NCBI GenBank assembly: GCA_963782055.1
Contig: CAWAIF010000003.1
Coordinates: 4,992,001 to 5,056,000, forward strand
DNA: 64,000 nt
Source: an uncultured delta proteobacterium
GTDB lineage: Bacteria > Myxococcota_A > Polyangia > Polyangiales > Polyangiaceae
Direction: 5' to 3'
Below are positions 33,888 to 43,831 of this stretch, piece by piece. The translations under genes were made by a program, and so were the position numbers. Numbering within the stretch: position 1 is the first letter of the stretch; every line of letters starts with the position of its first letter. The notes under the pieces were generated by a model. The model saw only the letters and a program-made list of their open reading frames with translations. It had not been told where the DNA came from and did not search any database.

Positions 33888-36347
33888 ATGGGGGACGGCA
33901 AGCCCTACGAGAAGGATGCGCGAACCCTGGGGCCGGAGGAGGTCGTGGAGACCTTCAAGGCCAAGGAGCGTCCCTCCGGTCTCGCCCCCCGGTCCAGCCG
34001 CGACGCCGCGCCTGGCCCTGACACCCGGGCACGGCTGGGCAACGCCGAGACCCTCCCGCCCCCGCGGGGCGAGCCGTCCGGCCCGCGCTACGTCCTCGTC
34101 AAGGAGCTGGGACGCGGCGGCATGGGCCGCGTCGACGAGGTCTTCGACGCCGCCCTGGGCCGCCCGGTAGCGCAGAAGACCGTCCTCGCCTCGTCGCACG
34201 CCACCCTGCTCGTCGCCGAGGCGCAGACGTGCGCGCAGCTCGAGCACCCGTCCATCGTGCCGGTCTACGATCTGGGCGCCGGGCCGGAGGGGCAGCCGTA
34301 CTACACCATGCGGCAGATCCGCGGCCGCACCCTGCGGGAGGTGCTGAGAGACAACGCCGACCCGGCCAAGCAACGCAGGACGCTGGTGCAGATGCTCAAC
34401 GTCTTGCGGCAGGTGTGCCTCGCCGTCGACTACGCCCACAGCCGCGGCGTGGTGCACCGCGACCTCAAGCCGGAGAACGTCATCGTCGGCGAGTTCGGCG
34501 AGGTGTACGTGCTCGACTGGGGCATCGCCCACCTGATGGAGGGGAGCGACGTGAAGCGTCCGGAGCTCGCCGAGTACGTGGCGGGGAGCCCGGGCTACAT
34601 GGCGCCGGAGCAGGAGGCGGGCGGGCCCATCGACAGCCGCACCGACGTCTACGCGCTGGGCGCCATCCTCTACGAGATGCTGACCGGCCGCGTGCCCTTC
34701 GAGGACCCCGGCTTCAAGGTCCCCCAGCACCCCGGGCTGGACGCGCCCCCGAGCGCGCGCAACCCCAACGTCTCCTCGTCCTTCGACAGCCTGGTCGCCT
34801 CCTGCCTGCAGCCCGACCCCGACGACCGCCTGCCCACCGCGCGCTTCGTCGCCGACGCCATCGACGTCTACCTGGACGGCGAGCGGGAGCGCACTCAGCG
34901 CGAGACCGAGGCGGAGCGCTACGCGTCGGAGGGCGAGGCCTCGCGCGATGCGTTCGTCGCCCTCCAGGACGAGAGCAAGCGCCTCGCGCGCGAGGCCGAC
35001 GCCGCGCTGGCGGAGGTCCCGCGGTGGGAGAGCGCGGGGGTGAAGACGCCGGCGTGGGAGAAGCAGGCGCGCGCGCGCGAGCTCGCCGGGGAGGCGGCCC
35101 GCGCTCTCGCCCGGGCGGAGACGGCGTTCATGCGCGCGCTCGGCCGCGTGGAGAACCACCGCCGCGCGCGAAGAGGGCTCGCCGGGGTCTCCTTCCGCCA
35201 GTTCGAGGACGCCGAGACGGCCGGCGAGGCCGAGCGCATGGCCCACTACCTGGACGTGGCGCGCGCGTACGACGACGGCGATCTGGCGCTAGAGCTCGCC
35301 GACGAGGGCGAGGTGACGGTGGTCTGCGAGGAGGAGACGGCGCGCGTCGTCCTGGCGCGCTACGAGCCACGCGGACCTCTGCTGGAGCTGGGCCGGGAGA
35401 AGGAGCTGGGGTGGACGCCGACGCTGCGGCTGCGGCTGCCATCGGGATCGTACCTGATCGTCGCCAGCGCCCCGGGCGGCCGGCAGGTGAGATACCCACT
35501 CCTGTTGCGGCGCGCGCGACGCCACACGGTCCGCCTCCGGATGCCGCGGCCCGACGAGCTGCCGGAGGGGATGGTGCTGATCCCGGGCGGTCCCACGGCA
35601 GGAGCCCTGCAAGACGAGCGGCTCCGCGACTTCGCGATCGGACGCTTCCCCGTGACCTTTGCCCAGTACGCCGCGTTTCTCGACACGCTCCCGGACGCCG
35701 CGCGTGCTGCACGCATGCCGCCCGTGGAGAGCGCGAGCATCCTTCGAGGGCCGGACGGGGCGTGGCACGTGACCGAGTACTGCGTGGAAGGCGAAGGCCG
35801 GAAGCGCATCGCAGGCCGGGAGCTGGACGTGCCGGCGGACACCGTCTCCTGGTACGACGCCCAGGCGTACGTGCAGTGGCTCGCCGCCAAGACGGGCTTG
35901 CCGTACCGGCTCCCCACCGACGCGGAGTGGGAGAAGGCGATGCGCGGCGCCGACGCCCGCCCCTTCCCGATGGGCACGCGCATGGACCCGAGCTTTGCCA
36001 AGCTGCGCGAGTCGCGCCCGGAGGCCTCGCAGCCGGAGCCGGTGGGCGCCTTCCCGCTCGACGAGTCGCCCTACGGCGTGCGCGACATGGCCGGCGGCGT
36101 GGGCGACTGGACCTCGACGATGACCGACGGAGCGCGTCCACCGCGCCGCGAGGAGGAAGGCACGGCGGCGGACAACCGCGAGGCGGTGTGGCGCGGCGGA
36201 AGCTGGAGCTCCACTCGTCCCGGCACCGAGATGCGCTACACGCAGATGCTCCATCACCGCGTCGGCTGGGTCGGCTTCCGACTCGCGCTCTCCCTCCGCC
36301 AGCACGGCAGCTCTGACCTCGTCGTCGAGCCCATGAAGCGTGGCTAG
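33888..36347 (+). CDS. Ser/Thr protein kinase with C-terminal FGE-sulfatase (SUMF1/EgtB-like) domain
   Basis: LGRGGMGRV, HRDLKPEN, DWG, GSPGYMAPE; FPVT..QY, RLPTDAEWEKA, SPYGVRDMAG, RGGSW, GFRLA. Confidence 0.93.
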   Translation: MGDGKPYEKDARTLGPEEVVETFKAKERPSGLAPRSSRDAAPGPDTRARLGNAETLPPPRGEPSGPRYVLVKELGRGGMGRVDEVFDAALGRPVAQKTVLASSHATLLVAEAQTCAQLEHPSIVPVYDLGAGPEGQPYYTMRQIRGRTLREVLRDNADPAKQRRTLVQMLNVLRQVCLAVDYAHSRGVVHRDLKPENVIVGEFGEVYVLDWGIAHLMEGSDVKRPELAEYVAGSPGYMAPEQEAGGPIDSRTDVYALGAILYEMLTGRVPFEDPGFKVPQHPGLDAPPSARNPNVSSSFDSLVASCLQPDPDDRLPTARFVADAIDVYLDGERERTQRETEAERYASEGEASRDAFVALQDESKRLAREADAALAEVPRWESAGVKTPAWEKQARARELAGEAARALARAETAFMRALGRVENHRRARRGLAGVSFRQFEDAETAGEAERMAHYLDVARAYDDGDLALELADEGEVTVVCEEETARVVLARYEPRGPLLELGREKELGWTPTLRLRLPSGSYLIVASAPGGRQVRYPLLLRRARRHTVRLRMPRPDELPEGMVLIPGGPTAGALQDERLRDFAIGRFPVTFAQYAAFLDTLPDAARAARMPPVESASILRGPDGAWHVTEYCVEGEGRKRIAGRELDVPADTVSWYDAQAYVQWLAAKTGLPYRLPTDAEWEKAMRGADARPFPMGTRMDPSFAKLRESRPEASQPEPVGAFPLDESPYGVRDMAGGVGDWTSTMTDGARPPRREEEGTAADNREAVWRGGSWSSTRPGTEMRYTQMLHHRVGWVGFRLALSLRQHGSSDLVVEPMKRG

Positions 36348-37599
36348 CCTCGCGAGCCCGGCGCGCCCGCGCCCGCGCGGCATCCTGCTCGCCCTCACCC
36401 TGCTCTACGCGGCGCAGGGCGTGCCCTACGGCTTCGCCAGCGAGTACCTGCCCGTCGTGCTGCGGCAGGCTCACTACTCCCTCGGGCAGATCGCCGCCGC
36501 CGGGTGGCTGCAGCTCCCGTGGCTGCTCAAGATCTTCTGGTCCACCGCCGCAGACCGGCGCGCCATCCGCGCGCGCAGCCGCGGGATCCTGCTCACGTTG
36601 CAGGTCTGCCTCTTCGCGTCGCTCGCCCTCTTCGCGCTCGCCCCGCTCACCGCCGCGCCGCGCATGTGGTTCGGTCTGACGTTCGTCGCCGCGCTCCTCG
36701 CCTCCACGCAGGACATCTTCGTCGACGCGCTCGCGGTGCGCTCGCTCCTGCCCTCCGAGCGCGGCTTCGGCAACACCGCGCAGGTGGCGGGTTACCGCCT
36801 GGGCATGCTCGCCGGCGGCGCGGGCCTGCTGCTCCTGGTGGCGCCCGTCGGCTACCGCGCCGCCGTGCTCTGCTGCGCGGCGCTCGTCCTGTTCGCCAGC
36901 GTGAGCGCCTTCTTCCTGCGTGACGAGGACGCCGCGGCGCCGTCCGGAGACGGGAGCGCGGGGCGCGAGCGGCTGCCCGTCCTCCGGCTGCTCCGCCACA
37001 TGTTCTCGCCGCGGGTGTGGCCGATCGCGGTGATCGCCCTCACCTACAAGCTCGGCCTGCACATGGCGGCGGTCCTCATCAAGCCCATCGTCGTCGACGC
37101 GCACTGGAGCGATCGCGAGATCGGCCTGGCGGTCGTGACGCTGGGGACGACCGCCGGCCTCACCGGCGCCGCGCTGGGCGGCCTGGTCCACCGGCTCGTG
37201 CAAGAGCGGCGCGCGATGATCCTCGGCGCGCTGGTTCAGGCGGTGGTGTGCCTGCCGCTCCTCGTCGCGCTCCACTACGGCCTGCCGAAGGCGTGGACCA
37301 CCGCCGCCATCGCCACCGAGCACTTCGTGAGCGGCCTGGGCACCACCATCCTCTTCGCCGCGCTGATGAGCGCGACGCGCCGGGAGGACGCCGGCCTGCA
37401 CTACACCCTGCTCACCAGCGCCAACGCGCTGGCCATCGGCGTCGGCGGACAGGTCGGCGGCCTGCTCGCCGATCGGCTCGGCTACACGCACACCCTGGAG
37501 ATCGCCGTCCTCGTCTGCGTGGCGCCGCTCGCCCTGCTCGGCAGGTGGGACGAGGCGGCGAGCGCCTCCGCGGACCGGCCTTCGCTCAGCCCCCGATGA
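36340..37599 (+). CDS. MFS transporter, AmpG/RhtX-like
   Basis: LYAAQGVPYG, LPWLLKIFW, ASTQDIFVDA, GYRLG; about 12 TM helices. Confidence 0.9.
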   Translation: MASLASPARPRPRGILLALTLLYAAQGVPYGFASEYLPVVLRQAHYSLGQIAAAGWLQLPWLLKIFWSTAADRRAIRARSRGILLTLQVCLFASLALFALAPLTAAPRMWFGLTFVAALLASTQDIFVDALAVRSLLPSERGFGNTAQVAGYRLGMLAGGAGLLLLVAPVGYRAAVLCCAALVLFASVSAFFLRDEDAAAPSGDGSAGRERLPVLRLLRHMFSPRVWPIAVIALTYKLGLHMAAVLIKPIVVDAHWSDREIGLAVVTLGTTAGLTGAALGGLVHRLVQERRAMILGALVQAVVCLPLLVALHYGLPKAWTTAAIATEHFVSGLGTTILFAALMSATRREDAGLHYTLLTSANALAIGVGGQVGGLLADRLGYTHTLEIAVLVCVAPLALLGRWDEAASASADRPSLSPR

Positions 37600-38305
37600 C
37601 GCACGCGGCGAAGAAGGCGCGGTGCTCGTGCCGCACGGCATCGACGAGCTTCTGCGCCATCACGTCGGGGTGACGGCTCGTCGCCGACGCGACGGTCGCC
37701 TCGGGGACCTCGTGGCTGACGAGCACGAGGTGGTCGCCGGCGTGCAGCGACCACGTCGCGCGCCCCGAGGGCGACGCGGCGTCCTCGAAGGCGGCGATGA
37801 CGCGTGTCTGCACGTTGGCGACGCCGCCCGTCGGCCAGCTCTCCTCCCGCGCCTTCTGCAAGAGCGTGTGCGGCGCGGTCCGCGCGATGACCGCGCCGTG
37901 GCGCAGGAGCAGCGCCTGATGCTCGCCGATCCACTCCGCCACCGCACACGCGCCGTCCGTCGCGACGCACAGCAGGCTCGCGGCGGGGCCGCCTCCGATG
38001 TTCTCCACGTCCAGCGGGAGCGCCGCCGCCTGCGCCGGGAAGGACTCGCGCACCGCGGCGAACGCGGCGGCGAGGCGCTCCGGCAAGGCGAGGCCGCGAG
38101 CGGCGTCGGCGCGCCACGCGCGCTCCAGGATCTCCAGAACGAGGCGCGACCCGGGCGCCCAGCACACCGACAGGCCGTTCTCGTACCCGTTGGCGATCGC
38201 CACGAGGAGCGGGCCGTCCTCTTCCTCCACCACCCTCACCACGTCGTCGGCGACGAGGCGCACGATGGGGCGGACGTGGAAGCATGACGCGGCACGGGCG
38301 AGCAT
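37586..38305 (-). CDS. PP2C/PPM-fold protein with degenerate catalytic motifs
   Basis: LLVAIANG (usually ADG), WIGEHQA (VGDSRA), PHTL, VQTRVI, GDHLVLVSHEV (LxSDG). Confidence 0.6.
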   Translation of the reverse strand: MLARAASCFHVRPIVRLVADDVVRVVEEEDGPLLVAIANGYENGLSVCWAPGSRLVLEILERAWRADAARGLALPERLAAAFAAVRESFPAQAAALPLDVENIGGGPAASLLCVATDGACAVAEWIGEHQALLLRHGAVIARTAPHTLLQKAREESWPTGGVANVQTRVIAAFEDAASPSGRATWSLHAGDHLVLVSHEVPEATVASATSRHPDVMAQKLVDAVRHEHRAFFAACVIGG

Positions 38306-38316
38306 TCCCTCTGATC

Positions 38317-38379
38317 CTAGATCAGCGGTCGCGATTCGCGAACGCGAACCAAGGGGGGCCCGCCGAACTCGGGTTTCTC
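38317..38379. repeat. Diverged partial relative of the multi-hairpin element
   Basis: CCTAGATCAGCGGTCGCGATTCGCGAACG versus CCTAAATCGGCGTTCGTGATCCTCGAACG (23/29 by hand count); the following GGGGCCCGCCGAACTCGGGTTTCTC resembles GGGGCCCCGAAAAACCGCGTTTTTC. Confidence 0.5.
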
Positions 38380-38441
38380 CCGCTCGAGGCGCGCCAGGCG
38401 TCGCCCCTCTCGGCGGCGAGTGGTACAAAGGTCGCGGCGCG

Positions 38442-38735
38442 ATGACCTACGACGACTTCGTCCACTCGCTCGACCGCCCCTCCCCGCCCCCCGGGCTGGA
38501 CGCCGCGCTGCGCGCGCTGTGGCTGGCGCGCAAGGGGGACTGGGGCGGCGCGCACGGCGTGGCGGGCGACATGCCCGGCGCGGTCGGCGCGCGCATCCAC
38601 GCCTACCTCCATCGCGTGGAGGGCGACCTCTCCAACGCCCGCTACTGGTACCGCCAGGCGGGCGTGGCGCCGGCCACCGGCACGCTGGACGAGGAGTGGG
38701 AGGCGCTCGCTCGCGACTTCGCCGGCGGCGGCTGA
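38442..38735 (+). CDS. Small conserved hypothetical protein (TPR-like)
   Basis: LRALW..KGDW..AH...HAYLHRVEGDLSNARYWY. Confidence 0.85.
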   Translation: MTYDDFVHSLDRPSPPPGLDAALRALWLARKGDWGGAHGVAGDMPGAVGARIHAYLHRVEGDLSNARYWYRQAGVAPATGTLDEEWEALARDFAGGG

Positions 38736-38756
38736 TCTCGACCGGCGCATCGCGCT

Positions 38757-38921
38757 CTAAATCGGCGTTCGTGATCCTCGAACGCCGATCTTCGCGAGCA
38801 GAGCGAGCGCCGCGTGGGGTGGGGCCCCGAGGAACCGCGTTTTTCGGGGCGGGGCCGCGCGTGCGCCCCGTGAGACAAGACCTAGATCGGACGAGCGCGA
38901 TTCCGAATCGCGCTCGTTCAT
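38757..38921. repeat. ~165-bp multi-hairpin intergenic element, copy 2
   Basis: Same orientation as 15339-15509; the right hairpin extends CTAGAT...ATCTAG into the downstream gene's stop codon. Confidence 0.92.
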
Positions 38922-40820
38922 CTAGAAGGGACGACCGCGCCCGTCTCCCTCGGCGAGCTGCAGGAGGCCGCCGCACGCGCCCGCGCCGAGATCGTGCGTC
39001 TCTCCCGGATCGGCCGCGACGTCGAAGCAGCTCCACGCGCTGTCGCCCTGGTGCGCGAGGAGCTTGCGGGTGCCGCGCATCGCGCCCCAGTTGCGGAACC
39101 CGCACGTCCACAGCGCGGTGCAGTTGGTCAGCACCACCGGAGTGTTCACCGGGGAGCCGCCGCGCAGGAGGCTGTGGCCGGGCATCGGCCGCTCGAGCGG
39201 CGCGAGCGCAGGATCGTCGTACACGCCCATGAGATCCAGGAGCGTCGGCAGCACGTCCAGGGTGGTCAGCGGGGTGTCGTGCAGGGCGGCGAGGTGCGCG
39301 CGCTCGGCGCCCGTCAGCGTGCCGGGAGGCGCGTCGATCCACGCCGGGATGCGGATCTCCTCGTCGAAGACGGTGAGGGTGTGGCCCTGCTGCCCGTGCT
39401 CGAGCAGCTGCTCGCCGTGGTCGGACACGAAGAAGGTGACGGTGCGCGCGCCCTCCGCCCGGGCGTGGAGGCCGCGCAGCAGCCGGCCGACCGCGATGTC
39501 CTGCAGGTAGACGGCGTCCTGGTAGCGATTGCGCAGCGGCGTGTCGTGGATGAAGGGAGACCGCGCGAGATCGATCTTGTAGGGCTGGTGCGTGTTGGAC
39601 AGGTGCACCACCGCGACGAAGGGCTCGGGCAGGTTGTCGAGATCGCCGAGGACGTAGTCGACCAGCTGCCCGTCGTCCGAGCCGACCTCCATCGTCGCCG
39701 CCGGGTCCAGCTCGGTCGCGTTGATCGTGCGGTCCAGCGGGAGGCCGGCGAGCCACAGCCCGGAGTTGGCGAAGAGGAGGTTCTGCGAGGTCCAGTACGC
39801 CGTGTGGAGCCCGGCCGCCTTCGCGTACTCCCAGAGGAGCGGCATGGAGTGCAGCTCGGCGCGGGTGGCGGTGGGCACGCGCCCGCCCCACATGATGCCG
39901 AGCGAGATGGCGGTGGTGGAGTCCAGCGCGCGCATCTGCGTGAACGGCAGGCGGTCCTTCGCGGCCTCGTTCGAAAAGGGGGTAAAGACGCAGTGCGGAT
40001 CGTAGGCGACGCACGTGGACTGCGCGCGCACGCTCTCGGTCACGATGAAGAGCACGTTGCGCTTCACCGGAGGGCGGGCGACGAGCGGCGGCACGGGGGT
40101 GGGGGTGCGTGGCCCGGGATGCGTCTGGTCGACGAGCTTGTCGTGGTCCCAGCGCGCGAGGGAGAGCCGTCCCATGGCCGACACGTACAGGACGTCCGGG
40201 GGCGCGTCCTGGGCGGCGCCGACCCTGCCGAAGAGGGTGAGCACGAGCATCACGGTGGAGAGGTCCAGCGCGAAGAGCGGAGCCCTGCGGCGCCGCCGCG
40301 CGACCTTGCGGCCGACAATGGGCAGCGCGAGCGCCAGGAGCACGGGAGGCAGGAGCGTCTCGCCGAAGTGGTACCGGTCGCTCCAGAGCTGCTGGCCGAC
40401 GCTGGGCAACATGCTGGTGCCCACGAGCGCCGCGCGGCCGTCGAGGTACGCCCGGTAATGGGCGAAGGCGTACGCCTGACCCCCCACCGCGATCGCCGCG
40501 CCGGTGAGCAGCAGCAGGCGCGCCCACCAGCGCATCGCGCCCGCGCGCACCATGGCGACGTAGACGAGCGCGCCCCAGAGCGTGGCGCCGCACGCGGCCC
40601 ACTCGACGTAGGAGATCGCCTGGCTCGCGTTGAAGTGGTCGATCTGGGCCCACCGCCGCGCGAGGTCGAAGAGGACGATGGCCACGCCCGGCGCCAGCAT
40701 CACGGCCCACACGGCCACCCGCCTCGCCCACCGGAGCGCGCGCCTGCGGCGGGAGGACGCCGCCGGGCCGCGGGAGCCGGCGAGCCCGGTCGCCCCGGTA
40801 CGGCGAAGCGGGGACATCAT
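38922..40820 (-). CDS. Membrane-bound alkaline-phosphatase-superfamily (sulfatase-like, LtaS/EptA-type) transferase
   Basis: About 5 N-terminal TMs; NVLFIVTESVR, DSTTAIS, HLSNTHQPY, SDHGE, HTLT; no CxPxR. Confidence 0.85.
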   Translation of the reverse strand: MMSPLRRTGATGLAGSRGPAASSRRRRALRWARRVAVWAVMLAPGVAIVLFDLARRWAQIDHFNASQAISYVEWAACGATLWGALVYVAMVRAGAMRWWARLLLLTGAAIAVGGQAYAFAHYRAYLDGRAALVGTSMLPSVGQQLWSDRYHFGETLLPPVLLALALPIVGRKVARRRRRAPLFALDLSTVMLVLTLFGRVGAAQDAPPDVLYVSAMGRLSLARWDHDKLVDQTHPGPRTPTPVPPLVARPPVKRNVLFIVTESVRAQSTCVAYDPHCVFTPFSNEAAKDRLPFTQMRALDSTTAISLGIMWGGRVPTATRAELHSMPLLWEYAKAAGLHTAYWTSQNLLFANSGLWLAGLPLDRTINATELDPAATMEVGSDDGQLVDYVLGDLDNLPEPFVAVVHLSNTHQPYKIDLARSPFIHDTPLRNRYQDAVYLQDIAVGRLLRGLHARAEGARTVTFFVSDHGEQLLEHGQQGHTLTVFDEEIRIPAWIDAPPGTLTGAERAHLAALHDTPLTTLDVLPTLLDLMGVYDDPALAPLERPMPGHSLLRGGSPVNTPVVLTNCTALWTCGFRNWGAMRGTRKLLAHQGDSAWSCFDVAADPGETHDLGAGACGGLLQLAEGDGRGRPF

Positions 40821-40910
40821 CAGAAACCACCAAATTACCACGGCGCCACGCGGGAGGACGCGAAAGGTCGCGGCGATGGCGCGTGGCTGGCGCACGAGTA
40901 CGCTACGCGC

Positions 40911-41192
40911 GTGACAGGCGCTCTCCAGCACGCGGACGGCGACTCCGTCGCGCGGTGCATCCACTGCGGCGCGAAGGCCGCGGGGCCGTGCGCGTCTTGC
41001 CGTCAGCCCGTCTGCGGGGACTGCTCGACGCTGACCGAGGGCGGCGTGCGCGTGTGGGCCATATGCCTCGAGTGCGACCGCCGCAAGGGCCGGAAGCTCG
41101 GGGGCGCGTGGCTCGGCTTCCTTCTCTGGCTCGGCGCGATCCTCGTCGGGCTCGGGGTCGTCACGTGGGCCCTGGCGCGGTTCGTCGGGTGA
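40911..41192 (+). CDS. Small B-box/Zn-finger membrane protein
   Basis: CIHC..CASC..CGDC..CLEC plus C-terminal TM; GTG start with TACGCT 6 nt upstream. Confidence 0.75.
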   Translation: MTGALQHADGDSVARCIHCGAKAAGPCASCRQPVCGDCSTLTEGGVRVWAICLECDRRKGRKLGGAWLGFLLWLGAILVGLGVVTWALARFVG

Positions 41193-41314
41193 TCGCCTCG
41201 AGAGACGGCGCGCCGTGACGGGTGCGGGGGACGCCTTCCCTCCCGTGCTCGCTCCGGGCCGCTCCGCGCCATGGTTCTCATGAGACCCATGGCTCGGTAG
41301 TATCAGTCGGCCCC

Positions 41315-42295
41315 ATGCCGTCGGTGCGCTGCGAAGCCTGTGGTCTTTGCTACTTCGACCACAAGGGACAATGCCCCCGCTGCGGGTCGACCGCCTCGTC
41401 TCCGTCCGATCCTTCCAGGCCGGAGCGCGCGCCGGACGCGCACCCGAAGAGGCGGCTCGTCGTGCCGATCCTCGTCGGCGTCCTGGTGGCGGCCGCAGGG
41501 CCCGTGTCGATCGCCACGATCCGCACGACCTCCTACTCCACGCTGGGATCCCAGGCGCGCGCGATGGGCGTGTGCCTCGGTGTGGGCGCGCTCGTCGCCG
41601 CGGCGCTCGTGGTCTGGTTCACGCGTGCGAGCCGCCGGGGGCTGTTCGTCGCGCCCGCGATCCCGACTGCGCCATACCGGAGCCGGCCCGGTGAAGCGCT
41701 CGAGCGCACCCTCCAGGCGGCCACGCCGGCGCCGCAGGCGGCAGGCGGACTCGCGTTCGAGACGAGCCTCGGCGGGACGCCCACCAGCATGCGCCTCGGA
41801 CCACGGGTCTTTCTCTTCTGTCTGCTGTGCGCATCGGTGACGGCGACCTGCTGGTGTAGCTGGTTCGCGTGGAACGAGCGCGGCGCGAGCCCACGGCACC
41901 TCGACTGCGAGGTCTCGCACATCGGCCCGATCCAGTCCGCCCAGGGCGGGTCCTACGCCGATGTCCGGTTCTCGTGCCCGCTGCCGGACGGCACGACGCT
42001 GGCGGACGAAGCGCCGGCGAACGTGCCGGACGACATCGAGTCGCTCGACTCTCGCGGGGCCACGGTATCCATCGAGGCCATGCAGGGGGCGCACGGCCTC
42101 TGGTACATGAAGGTCGGCCAGTCGCTCCCCGGCGTCCTCGTGTCCGACGCCAAGAAGAAGCGCTCGCTGGAGAGCGTCCTCCACGGCTCGCCGTCGGCGA
42201 AGCTGATCCCGCTGACTCCCGAGCAGCGCCAGGACATGGACAAGGTCTTCGAGAGGGCGCGCGAGCAGCGGGACCGGCAGGGCACCGCGCGCTGA
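41315..42295 (+). CDS. Hypothetical membrane protein with N-terminal Zn ribbon
   Basis: CEAC...CPRC and three hydrophobic segments. Confidence 0.7.
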   Translation: MPSVRCEACGLCYFDHKGQCPRCGSTASSPSDPSRPERAPDAHPKRRLVVPILVGVLVAAAGPVSIATIRTTSYSTLGSQARAMGVCLGVGALVAAALVVWFTRASRRGLFVAPAIPTAPYRSRPGEALERTLQAATPAPQAAGGLAFETSLGGTPTSMRLGPRVFLFCLLCASVTATCWCSWFAWNERGASPRHLDCEVSHIGPIQSAQGGSYADVRFSCPLPDGTTLADEAPANVPDDIESLDSRGATVSIEAMQGAHGLWYMKVGQSLPGVLVSDAKKKRSLESVLHGSPSAKLIPLTPEQRQDMDKVFERAREQRDRQGTAR

Positions 42296-42385
42296 GGACG
42301 AGCGCGGCGAGCTCGCCCGTCCGGGAATGGTTCGGGCTTGCGAGGCGTCTTCGGAGCAGGGACGGCCGGAGCGGCCGGGAGGGCG

Positions 42386-42685
42386 ATGGGCAAGGTCGGA
42401 CTTCAGCACATCGCGGGCCGGACGCTGAGTGGCCTCGGGATCGTCGCGCTCGTCGTCTTCGTCGCGCTCGCCGCGTTCGGCGCGCTCGTCGTCTTCCAGA
42501 TCGCGCACGTCGTCGCGCACGGCGACGACGAGACACGCCTGAAGGCCGCGGCCGAAGCCCTGGCCTGTCCGTCCGACGAGATCACGGTCGAGGGATCGCG
42601 CGCGAAGGGCTGCGGCAAGGAGTGCACGCTGGAGACGTACGGCTCCTCCGCGACCTGGTTCAGCTCGTATGTCTGTCGTCGGTGA
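42386..42685 (+). CDS. Small hypothetical membrane-anchored Cys protein
   Basis: GGAGG SD, TM helix, LACP...AKGCGK motif. Confidence 0.65.
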   Translation: MGKVGLQHIAGRTLSGLGIVALVVFVALAAFGALVVFQIAHVVAHGDDETRLKAAAEALACPSDEITVEGSRAKGCGKECTLETYGSSATWFSSYVCRR

Positions 42686-42718
42686 AGTCGGCACGCACGC
42701 GCCATGGCGCGCCGGAAG

Positions 42719-42961
42719 CTACTCGTTCGCGCAGCAGTAGACGACGTAGGTCCGGAAGGGTGAGGGATCCGACAGCTCGGTGCACGCGTGGGAGAGCTCG
42801 TCGGCGCGCTTCGCGCCGGTATTCTCGTCCACCTTGAAGGCGTACGGCTTGCCCTGGACCGTCTTGCATCGGTAGTCGAGATCGCGCGCCCTCGCGGTCG
42901 AGCAACCTGCCGCGAAGAGGGCGGCACACGTCACGGCGAGGCACGTCACGACACCGCGCAT
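42719..42961 (-). CDS. Small lipoprotein (80 aa)
   Basis: MRGVVTCLAVTCAALFAAGC lipobox, four more Cys; TATCTT 6 nt upstream. Confidence 0.7.
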   Translation of the reverse strand: MRGVVTCLAVTCAALFAAGCSTARARDLDYRCKTVQGKPYAFKVDENTGAKRADELSHACTELSDPSPFRTYVVYCCANE

Positions 42962-43138
42962 TCGCGGAAGATACCACCACGAGCCACGATGCTGTCGCCC
43001 GCGACCCGGGCGTGACCCCGGCGCGGTCCGCCTGCTGGGGCCGTGCACCGAGTCCGCGCGTGGCTGCCACTGCTGTCGGCGGCAAACCGCGGGGCGAAAA
43101 AGGTCGACGAAGAGCAGCGGGCCTGGGTATGCAAGGCC

Positions 43139-43831
43139 ATGTCCAAGGCCGCCACCAAGAGCAAGCCCGCGAAGAAGACGTCGAAGGCGACGGCAGGCAA
43201 GCGTGGGTCGACCGCGAAGTCGAAGCCCGCGAAGTCGAAGCCTGCCTCGAAGACGAGGCCTGCGCGCGACCCGAAGGTGACGTCCAGCAAGAGCGACCCC
43301 AGGGCGGACACCTCCAGGCTCGCCGCGGCGCTCGTGGCCCTCGGCTACGACGAGCACGTTGCGAGGCGAGAAGCCAGGGGTCCTGACGCGCGCCGGACCG
43401 CGGTGCGCGGCGCGGTGCTGCGCCTGCTCTGGAAGCTCGTGATCGACGAGGACGCCAGGGTCGGCGGCGAGCCGCGCTGGATCGAGAGCTGGATGCGCTG
43501 GCCAAGATCGCAAGACGAGCCGCTCGATGGCGTCGCGGCGGCGATCGAGCGCGTGCTCGCGTCCGGCGCCGACCCCGACGACCTCACCGACATCGTGCGC
43601 GCGATGCAGTACGACGTGGTTTGGAACTTCTGCGACCTGCTCGATGGCGAGGGCGTCGCGGAGCTTCGCGAGCGTGTCCCTGGACTGCCGGAGATGAGCT
43701 GGCGCCTGTACGCCGTCGACGAGGACGACGATGGGGAGGCCGCGCCCCTGTGGCCCATCGAGTCCCTTCACGAATCGATCGGCAGCTTCGACCCTGCCGG
43801 ACGCGAAGGCGAGCCGCGCAAGAGGACGTGA
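43139..43831 (+). CDS. Hypothetical protein with Lys/Ala-rich (histone-like) N-terminus
   Basis: MSKAATKSKPAKKTSK...; acidic helical C-terminal domain ending LHESIGSFDPAGREGEP. Confidence 0.75.
   Translation: MSKAATKSKPAKKTSKATAGKRGSTAKSKPAKSKPASKTRPARDPKVTSSKSDPRADTSRLAAALVALGYDEHVARREARGPDARRTAVRGAVLRLLWKLVIDEDARVGGEPRWIESWMRWPRSQDEPLDGVAAAIERVLASGADPDDLTDIVRAMQYDVVWNFCDLLDGEGVAELRERVPGLPEMSWRLYAVDEDDDGEAAPLWPIESLHESIGSFDPAGREGEPRKRT

Noticed and set aside
33888..40820. FGE domain as the maturase for the nearby sulfatase-like gene
   Set aside because: The sulfatase-like protein lacks C/SxPxR (Thr-type site), and the FGE-like domain lacks the catalytic Cys pair.
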